Assembly: GCF_009914755.1 (NCBI RefSeq)
Contig: NC_060925.1
Reading direction: 5' to 3' (one strand)
Source of the DNA: the human T2T-CHM13v2.0 reference genome, Homo sapiens
DNA length: 64,000 nt
Shown here: positions 54,214 through 64,000 of the stretch, one piece after another
How positions within the stretch are numbered: the stretch's first letter is position 1
Layout: every line of letters starts with the position of its first letter
Notes under the pieces: model-generated
What the model saw: the letters and a program-made list of their open reading frames with translations, nothing else
What the model was told of the DNA's origin: nothing
Databases searched by the model: none
Made by a program: the position numbers and the translations under genes

Positions 54214-55356
54214 TAAAAGTATTTTTATTCATACATCAGTGATAGACATTATGATAAAAGATACATTTAGTATAAATGTTAATTCATCCCTAATTTCAGC
54301 ATTTTGATGACTTGCTTTTATGACAGTGGGTTCCAGATTCTGCATTTTGTAACTCTCACATATATTTCTTATAGACAGATATGTATGTAAGACTGGGAGT
54401 TTAACCATTGTGCCCCTTGTAAGGCTGTCTTCACACTTACAGCTGGTGCATGATTATAAAAGCATTGTTTTTAATATGAAGAGGTTATCTCTTAAATCTG
54501 AGCCAGGCTAGATTAAACATCCTATCTGGTATGAGTATATCATTTCCAAATAAAGACAAAGAAAACCTACTGGGGCCATACCCATAGCCACTGCTCACTA
54601 TGAATCCAAGGCAATACCACTTCATCATGTGAGGACTGCGAGTCATTAAACTGACATACAGGTTATCTAATTCCCTTTGAAGCCTTTTCCATTCCTTGTA
54701 CAGGCCAAGAACACAAGTCAACCTGATAGACAAAATTACTGCTGCATACCTACTTAAGAATAAAACTACACACTATGAGACCCTGTCTAAGAGGACAGGT
54801 GGTAGCTGTTGTCAGTGCAAACATCAGGGATTATTTGCTTGAGCAAATCTCTCCCATTTTCACCATCCAATTCATGGAAGTACTGGAAGATAGAGCCAGG
54901 GACTCCCTAAAGCTATAATACAGGTCTATATGGGAAAAAGCATGCTGAGATTAGCCATGGAAGGGATCAGTAATTTTGAAATTTCCTCCAGCAGCATATG
55001 TGAGAAGCTCTACGTGAGAGCCAGGCATTCTCTGCCACTTGAGATAGTGGTACGCTGTCACTTGTGAAAGATGGGCAGGTAACTTGTCTGAAATGTAGGC
55101 TTTGGGTCAAAAGACATCCTGAGGAATATTCTATGAATATAATATTCTGTAATATTGGCAAGCTGTAATGTCTCTTCAGTGACCTAATACAGAAAGTAGG
55201 ATATTCTATGGAATTGTTCCTTTTAGTGTAGCTCTCAAGTGCTGGTGTAGCTCTTGCCCAGCTGCCCTATGGCAGGCTCACAGGTAGCAGGGTCCACTTT
55301 GCTACTGATGCAGTGGAAGGGGTCACTGCCTCAAATAGTCTTACACTTTTCATGTG

Positions 55357-55424
55357 ACACAGTGGCCCAACCAACTCCACTCAACAGACCACACAGTGGC
55401 CCAACCAGCTCCACTCAACAGATC
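55357..55424. repeat. 34-bp tandem duplication (2 copies, 2 mismatches)
   Basis: acacagtggcccaaccaactccactcaacagacc / acacagtggcccaaccagctccactcaacagatc. Confidence 0.95.
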
Positions 55425-58261
55425 ACTCAATGATCCCTGGCATTTTCTGTTCTTACTTTCCTTCTCCTCTGTCTGTGCCAGATGCATTTGCTTCTTAAAT
55501 TTTGGATGCAATTTTAAGTCAGACAGAACTGGCACAGAGTTATCTATATAGACATGAAAATAAAGCCCTTTTTCTAGGTCACCATATATCAGATTGAAAG
55601 ACAATTTGTACAATAAACTGAGCTATCATGTGAAAATGAATAATAAAACTTATGATCTAAAGCATATCTTAGTTGATCTAGTGATCCAAGGCCATTACTC
55701 TGGTGGACTTTAAAAATATGATGACTATAATTGAAATGGAGATATTGCTCATCTTTTAAATCATTAACATTTTGTAAGAAGAATTCAGTTGATAAAGATC
55801 AGACCTAAGATCTAATTCAACATGTTAAACTGAATCTAAAATGAAATCAAACACAGTTCTTTGATCCTTGCGAGGCTGAATAAAACATCTGCTGAGACTG
55901 CTGATGGTGAGTACTTTGCCTCAATAATGTGAAATTTGTGTACTAGATCCTACATATCTACTAAAGTTTAGACATGAGCATTTTCTTCTGTGCTTGTAGA
56001 TGTCCACTGCTATGCTGATTTTGATACTTCGGTTTTAAAATCTATGCAGGTTATATTTTCAGCTGTAAACTTTTATTTCTGCCAGAGAAGCAGAGTATTT
56101 AAGAGTAAGAAGAGTCTTTGCAATAGTCTCCTTGCCGTTCCGTAACCTCTATCCTCGTAAGTTAGTAGAAACTGTCACCTGTGAGAAAACAATAGGCCAA
56201 ACCACGTAAGTCTTGGTTGATTAAACACAAGACCCTGAATATCACTCAGAGGTAAAACAGGCACAGCAGAACATAGGTACAACATTGGATTCACATTAGT
56301 GAGTAAATGGGTCACTAGATTCTGCACAATGTAAAACCTCCCTGTGGTCTTCAAGGACAACTCCAAGTATAAAGTATTATACTTCAGTAAAGAGGAAAAT
56401 CACTAGCTAACTTTAAATATTACATATAGCAAGCAGTGTCACATACCTATTCTACACAAATTAAAATATTTGGTTTCCATGAACTTAAAGAACATAGAAG
56501 AATGCAAAGCTTTGCTTAGACATTAAGTATTCCAACTTTCTTTGTGTCTGATACCATATATTTTATTTGAATATAATTTACTTGCTGCTGCGATTATTTT
56601 CTAAGAACTTTTGGGGGATACGATTACTCATATTTAAATAAGATGTAAAAAGATATCGATGATAAATGCACAAATCTTATGTATAGAAGAACACTTTAGG
56701 GTTCACATTTTGTATCTTTTAGTTAATTTAGCTTTTAAATAAAAACAAACACACAAACTATACATATTATAAACTGATCTAAAATTAAGGTGTATTATAA
56801 CAGTTTCTTGACTCTTTGATACAAAAATAATTTGTAGCCAAAGTTAAATTAAATAGATTTTATAAATTGGTTCATTCCATATATATTTTTGAAAATGTGT
56901 CTGCATACTTTTGATAACTATTGGGTTTTTAGCAAATAACCAAAGTTTCTGCAAGCAATATCTCACTTTCCTCTAAAATATAAGCTGGATATTCAGAAGC
57001 TAGCTTAGTTCATTATACAGCAGAACTGAGTGTGAAACTATCAAGGTTTCATTCCTTTTTCCAACTCAAACAGCTGCTACCATCTCAGAAGAAACAGGAG
57101 TTGATGCGTGAACAATATTAGCACAAAAAGGACAGACCATTTGGTGATGACTTTTCTCACTGGAATATTATATCAAAATACTTTCAAATTCCCTAAAGTG
57201 CCCAGGTGGGAAGGCAAATTAAACATTAAGAAAACTAAAAATATCTCAATAGTTTCATTAGTTCTTCTTCTCCTTACAAATACAATATGCAACTATTAGA
57301 ATTACAACTTTAAAAGGATATTATATTTCAGGAATTGTATTGTTTATGTGACTAAACATAAAAATATTTTTAACTAAAAAGTCAATTTTCAATTACAGAA
57401 AGACCAAAGGAGCAGCAGAAATAAGTCAAATAGTTCAAGTATTGAAATCCAAATTTGGAACTTTATAATAATTCTAATTTCCAATACTATATACATAGAT
57501 TCTATCATGATTCTCGCTCCTGAAAATACTAACAAAGGGGATTATATTTGCATCGTTTTTCTGGAAAGATCATCAGTAAGGCTTTTATATAAATGGAGCT
57601 TTATCAGAATGCTAAAAATTACTACTTTATGTAACAGGGCATTCCTTTTGAGGCTAGAATTTAAGATTACCTGAAGGTAGAAAAATGCCTTATAAAAATG
57701 TACAAGTAGGTTCTGCCTTCAAGGGCTAAGATTTGGATTTTAATTTTTGTTGTCAATCCTTTGGTTCTTAGGGATATATAAATAAAAAACTATTATTTAA
57801 GTTATTACATAGCAAGGATCTATCCATGTTTCCTGGCTGATTGAATTCTGTGAAATAACCCAGAACTTCTGTGTTTAATAGGGGCAATTAGGTGGATTCT
57901 TTAATTACATATTTACTGAGTTGTATGTTATCACTTTGAGCAGTTGTTTCAGGAACTCCAGAACTTGAAAGGAAATAATTACTGCCAAAGAGAACGCAGC
58001 TCTGAGAGTTCCTTCATCATAATCTAGGACAGATTTGTAAAGAAACTGGTTTTAAAGAGCACAAGCATACCCTAGCTGTATGGAAAAAGGCCATTCCTGG
58101 GGCACTGAAGAAGATACCAGGTGGTGGACAGGTGCGAGATGAACCTCTTTAATATCCTTTGTAGAAGTGTGCATCTAGATTTAGGTTTGTGGTGGCTTGG
58201 AGTATTTCTGGTGTTAGAAGTTAGCTGGTACATTTTACCCTAGGTGAGTTCAAAATCTCCA

Positions 58262-58461
58262 TGGTGTATTTCAACCATGGAGATTTTGCCCCCCAGGGGG
58301 CATTTGTCTGGAGGCATCGTTGATTGCCATAATTAGAAGAGTGTTACAGTGATGTAGTGAGTGGAGACCAGAGATGCTGTTATACATCCTACAATGTACG
58401 GGTAGGATTATTCAAAGACTATCCTCCAAAATATCAAGAGGACAAATGTTGTGAAACCCTA
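58262..58461 (+). mobile_element. MER20 DNA transposon with a rearranged left end
   Basis: tcaacc...gattttgccccccagggggcatttgtctggag...gtggagaccagagatgctg...gttgtgaaacccta; 8-bp TSD-like ccctaggt/ccctagat. Confidence 0.85.
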
Positions 58462-58529
58462 CCCTAGATGTAAGCCAGGTATTTTACCTATCTGTGTTTT
58501 GTGAGTTTTTCTGTTGTTATTATTAATTA

Positions 58530-58931
<402 letters not shown>

Positions 58932-59043
58932 TAGAAGTTATGGAAAAGGTAATTACCTTAACCAGTTTTAGATAATTTAATTCAGTTTAACTAAACTATG
59001 TATTAATTAAGTGCACAAGAAAATGACATAAAAACAACAAAAA

Positions 59044-59399
59044 GGCCAGGTGCAGTGGCTCACGCCTTTAATCTCAGCACTTTGAGAGGCCGAGGCGGGT
59101 GGATCACCTGAGGTCAGGAGTTCGAAACCAGCCTGGCCAACACAGTGAAACCCTGCCTCTACTAAAAAAAAAATAAAAATAAAAAATAAAAATAAAAAAT
59201 AAATTAGCTGGGTGTGGTGATAGGTGCCTGTAATCCCAGCTACTTGGGAGGCTGAGGCAGAATTGCTTGAACCCGGGAGGCAGAGGTTGCAGTAAGCCAG
59301 CCGAGATCGTGCCACTGCACTCCAGCCTAGGCTACAGAGGAAGCCAAACAAACAAACAAACAAACAAACAAAAGAAAAACAAACAAAGCAAAATAAAAC
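59044..59399 (+). mobile_element. AluSx-like with expanded middle A-rich linker and (CAAA)n tail
   Basis: ggatcacctgaggtcaggagttcgaaaccagcctggccaac. Confidence 0.9.
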
Positions 59400-60617
59400 A
59401 GGAAGACTTACACCATTGCCCTAAGTTCAGAGTGACAGTCATCATTAAAACTGCCATGCTTAGTAAAGCAGTGACATCTTTGTGTCACACATATAGCAAA
59501 CACAACATAGCCAAGAAAACAGGGTTCCAGAGTAGAACAACAAGTGATAAATTGGTTATTGAAAATACATGAAACAAGCCCCCAAACCTCCAGAAATCCC
59601 CTGCAGACAAGCTGATGCAGTTAGACCAATGAAGTATTGACTTGGACATAAGAACAATCATGGTCTTATTATGTGATTTCATGCAGACTGCAGAGGATAG
59701 CAGTATTTAAGTGACTGTTCATTAAACAACAAATACTTTTTTGCATATCTCTATAATAAGCAATGTTCTGAGCCCTAGGAATTAGAAAATTATAAACAGA
59801 AATTTCTTGTTGCTTGCAAGAGATACAGTTTCGTTATAAGGTAGGAATGCTGTGTTCTAGACAATTTTCTAGGGATGTTACAGATTGCTGGTGTTTAAAA
59901 AAATAGATTTAGGTTATCTTTCCTTCAGTTTTTATTTATTAAATAAAATCATGTATAACATTTATTAAATGGCAGTTTTTCTTGGAAAAGGGATTATAAA
60001 GATCTTGTGAGATTCACTAAATTGTTGCAGTGCAGTTATTTAACAGTATTCTATCCTGCTGCCATCCCGAATTTAATTATGCTATTTAGTTTTCCAGATT
60101 ACATTTCTTTTACAATAAGTAATATATAACGTAAATAAGGTCATCAATTTAGTAAGTGATAAAATACAAATCCAAACCTATACCTCCAGAGTCTATTCTG
60201 CTAACCTATGACGTGAAGTTAACAATAAAATCTTTTTATTAACTACTGTATGCATTTAAAGTATTACTGATGTTATTTTTTGCTTTTTCTTTTACTTGCT
60301 TTCTTTCTACCATGCGCTACATGATAAACACAAACATATAATTAGAAAGGATTAACTAGTAAATGTAGTCAAGCTATAAATCTGAAGAACAAGTAAAGCA
60401 AATGGAGACATGAGAATGTAGTTTTAGAACAATTTAGTTGTTAAACTAGGCTCAGTATAGATTTAGTACATGTTATCTAATTTAATTAAATTATCTGAAG
60501 GTGCCTCCATATAGAAGCCAGGTCAAAACTTCTAAACATTAATTTTGTCCTTTTCTGAAACAATGTCAAGGCAAATAATATATGCCCAGATAGCTAGATT
60601 ACATAGACAGATATCTA

Positions 60618-60618
<1 letters not shown>

Positions 60619-60662
<44 letters not shown>
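60619..60662. repeat. (TAGA)11 STR
   Basis: Direct count. Confidence 0.95.
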
Positions 60663-60663
<1 letters not shown>

Positions 60664-62834
60664 TTAGATTTAGATATGTTTAAGTTCTTAACATTAGAAA
60701 GTAGAAATATAATATTAAATTATGGCACATAGGTCATATTTTCCATTAGTAACTGAAAATAATTATAAAATACAAAATAAGAATGGTATCAAAGAAAATG
60801 AGTATTTTATTGTAAGTAAAATTACACTTGAAATTAAGAGATACCATGAAACTGAATGTTCCCAGAATACAGGAAGTATAAACTAATTTTAGCTTGCATA
60901 CATCTTCAGACAAGTATTTTTTTTTTTAAAGTAAAGTAAAAGCAGAAACAAGAAGGTTGGATGGGAAAGGAGGCTTCCATCAGTAAGTTTTCAGGTCACT
61001 GAGAAAAGTATGCAGACTATGGAAACAAAAGTTCCTTCAGCTTTGGGAGGAAATTATTATTTCCTTCAAGCTACAGTTTACCTTGTTGTGAACAACTGCT
61101 CTGAACCTTTAACGACCGTTGAAAAGGCCCTAGTCTTTCTTAAAAGAAGGTAGCTTATGTTTAGAATGTAACCCATTGACTTGAAAACTGTTTTTTTTTT
61201 AAATTTTTATTTATTTATTTATTTTGTGATAGAAGCAGGAATATAGTCTAAGACCAGGTATTGCTATCTGTTTAGCAAGTCTCTACCTGCTCTTCAACCT
61301 TAAGGTCAACCAGTCTCAAGCACTGTCACACAAACCTCTGAATCAGCTTTAATATTCCCCAAATTTTCACTTTATGCTGTGTATCTGCACTTCAAATAAT
61401 ATCCAATCTTTATTTTCAACTTCCAAACATTTGTCATTTTACTAATACAAGTGTTTTCAAATTAAAGTAAAAATCTAACAATTTGTACTCCTTAAATATT
61501 TTCTTTGCTTTCAGAATTTTTACACTTCTTCTGTAGAGGACCTAACACTTAATTTTCTAGACCATCAGTGTCTTGAATATTTACATTCACAGCTCTCTGT
61601 TTTTGTTTTGTTGTCTTCACTTTTTTTTCTTGCTTCCTTTATCATTATAGAAAGAAAATTAAGGTGGAGGAACCAAATAAAGTGTATATATTTGGGATTT
61701 TTAAATAATGCAGTGGTTAGATTAATGGGTATAACTCTGAAAAATAAGATGGGGCAGAGGAATATTTTTAAAATGTCATTTTTGTATGCTAAGTATCACC
61801 ATAGCTAACTTCCAAATCAAATGTTTGCTTTCAAGTCTTACAAATACCCTTTAGAGTATCCTTTAAAATATGACCCTTGATAATTTTTTTTTCATGACCA
61901 TTTCCTTTTTTTCTCCTTGGGGCTGCTGCAGCAGAAGGTATGAGCCTTGACATAGTTCATTATGTTGGATCTATTATCATTGGTATTATATTAAACAATT
62001 GTGATTTATCAGAACAATATCTGTGTAGAAAATTACAATTAGTGAAAGAATATTGGAGAGGAGAAGAGCATAACATCAACAACAGCTTTCTCTGTTACAT
62101 GAAATATAGCATTAGAAATTTTAATTACAGTGGTCACAAATGTTCAGAACATAGCTTAGCGGTGAACCATATTTTGATATACAGAAGATACACTGTTTAG
62201 TAAGAAGCAAAATAGTTGGTCAAACAACATTTTAAACAAAGATGTCAACATTAACTAATAAAATTATTTCATAAAGATAAGCCAGAAAGAGGATATGCAC
62301 AAGTTGCTATCAGCAGTTTTAGATCTGATGATTCTACTGAAGCTATGACACCTAGTTTCCTAGATCATTAATCCAACAGCATATCCAGGGAATTCTGGAG
62401 AGGATGAAGCATTACAAATAGTGTTTCCTTTAGGTGTTATTTGTGCTTGCAGCAGGAAAAGAAGCATTTCCTATTCTTTGTTTCTTCCATTGCCATACTC
62501 TTTCCTTCTCCCTTCTCATTCAATCCATCAAGTGCCCCTTCTTACCAACTAGCTTATTGAAATTTGAAATCGATTTTGTAGCAAGGCATGGTGTCCATTC
62601 TCGGCATCTAAATACTTATAAAACTATCCATCAAACTATGGTAGTTGAGTAAAATATCTTCTCTGATCTGGAAAGTATGCTTTCCACTATTCTTAAACTT
62701 TAAGTGCTACTAGTTTAGGAGATAGGTAGCAAAAAGGAAAGGAGGACTATGAATAATTTCTAAGTATCTATCTTCTCCTCTCTCACATTGGTTTTTGATT
62801 AGGCATGAATGAATATGTTATATTTTTATTTGTC

Positions 62835-63125
62835 TGTCTTAGAACTCTTTGGATTGCAGTGTCAGAAATTCAACTTGAACTACGTTAGGCAATAAGAGTT
62901 TATATAATAGGAAAGGGCAATGTATAGGTAGAATAGACTGGAATTAGAGACCGGGCACCTCTTTCTCTATTTATCTCCTTTTATCTATGTGCCTTTATCT
63001 TTCAAACAAGAAATCTCAAAATATATACCTTTTTTCCCAAAACATACAGCCAGGGAATCTTTGAGCGCACAACTTTAATTTTGCTACCAAAAATAAAAGA
63101 GACTTTTACTGCCAAGTTTCAGGTT
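62835..63125 (-). mobile_element. Old MLT1-class LTR fragment
   Basis: cttagaactctttggattgcagtgtcagaaattcaacttgaacta resembles the antisense terminus of old MLT1 LTRs. Confidence 0.45.
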
Positions 63126-63130
63126 AAAAA

Positions 63131-63812
63131 AAATATCGCCTCATACCTGTCAAAATAGCTATTATCAAAAAGATGAAAGATAAGTGTTGGTGAGGATGTG
63201 AAGAAAAGAGAACCCTTGTACACTGTTGGTAGACATGTAAATTAGCCAACATGAAAAACTGTATGGAGGTTCCTCAGAAACTAAAAACAGAACTACCATC
63301 TGATCCAGCAATCCTACTGCTGAGTATATATCCAAAGAAAATGAAATCAGTATTTCAAAAAGAAGATGTCTGCACTCTCATGTTCATTGCTGCGCTATTC
63401 ACAATAGCCAAGATATGGACTCAACCTCAGTGTCTACCAGCAGACAAATGGATAAAGAAAATGTGGTAATATGCACACTGGCATACCATTCAGCCTTAAA
63501 GAAGAAGGAAATTCTGTCATTTCCTGGAGGACATTATGTTAAGTGAATTAAGGCAGGCAAGAGAGGACAAATACTGCATGATCTCACTTATGTTGAACTT
63601 ATAAGAGTTGTTCTCATAAAAGCAGAGAGTATTATTATGGTTACCAGAGGCCAGGATCTGGGGAAGACGGATGGATGTGTTAATTAGCTTGACTGCATTA
63701 TTTTAAATTTATACATATATCATAATATCATAGTGTATCCTATGCATACATGTAGTATTTGTGTATATATATATACACAATTATAATTTACCACTTAAAA
63801 ACAAAAACAAAG
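63131..63812 (+). mobile_element. L1MA-type 3' end
   Basis: ORF 63251-63469 is decayed ORF2 C-terminus (PQKLKTELPSDPAILLLSIYPK...WIKKMW); 3'UTR gacaaatactgcatgatctcacttatg, ggttaccagaggc. Confidence 0.85.
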
Positions 63813-64000
63813 TATAAAATAATATTCCAGAGAATACTTAAATGGCTTGATTGAAGTGACAGACTCCTGAATTAATCTTTATGGCCAGTAGTGGTCAAGT
63901 GAAATGATTTGCCTAGCCTGAGCCTGAAGCTAACACCTAGGCCAATCCCTGAAGGTACAGAGATAAAATTTTATAAAAGAATGGCCACTGCCACTCAGAC

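Noticed and set aside
54485-54733. Minus-strand ORF with a faint Gypsy-pol-like stretch (LYKEWKRLQRELDNLYV)
   Set aside because: No supporting RT, RNase H or integrase motifs were found nearby; too weak to call without an HMM search.
55357-55430. 34-bp repeat as a CRISPR-like array
   Set aside because: Two adjacent copies with no spacers and no cas genes, in mammalian DNA.

Overview
This is AT-rich, CpG-depleted primate genomic DNA, most likely human (AluY, L1PA2 and an L1HS-like 3' end are present). It is either intergenic or deep intronic. I recognise no protein-coding exon, RNA gene, CpG island or CRISPR-like array. The listed ORFs are chance frames or read-throughs of Alu, L1, MaLR and simple repeats; only 33548-34232, 49383-49634 and 63251-63469 have real homology, to decayed L1 ORF2. 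The window holds about 10 Alu/FLAM copies, at least 7 L1 pieces (including an internally deleted but end-to-end L1MD-type element hosting three younger insertions), a complete two-LTR THE1C with a perfect TSD, several solo MaLR/ERVL LTRs, MER20 and Tigger4 DNA transposons, MIR/L2 relics and many microsatellites. Subfamily names come from recalled consensus diagnostics and need RepeatMasker/Dfam confirmation; boundaries of old elements are approximate. I found no convincing new biological system. The most notable signals are several fold-back (template-switch-like) palindromes, two young L1 insertions without clean TSDs, closely spaced inverted Alu pairs, a DUX4-site variant shared by both THE1C LTRs, and TALE/HOX motif clusters in unique sequence.
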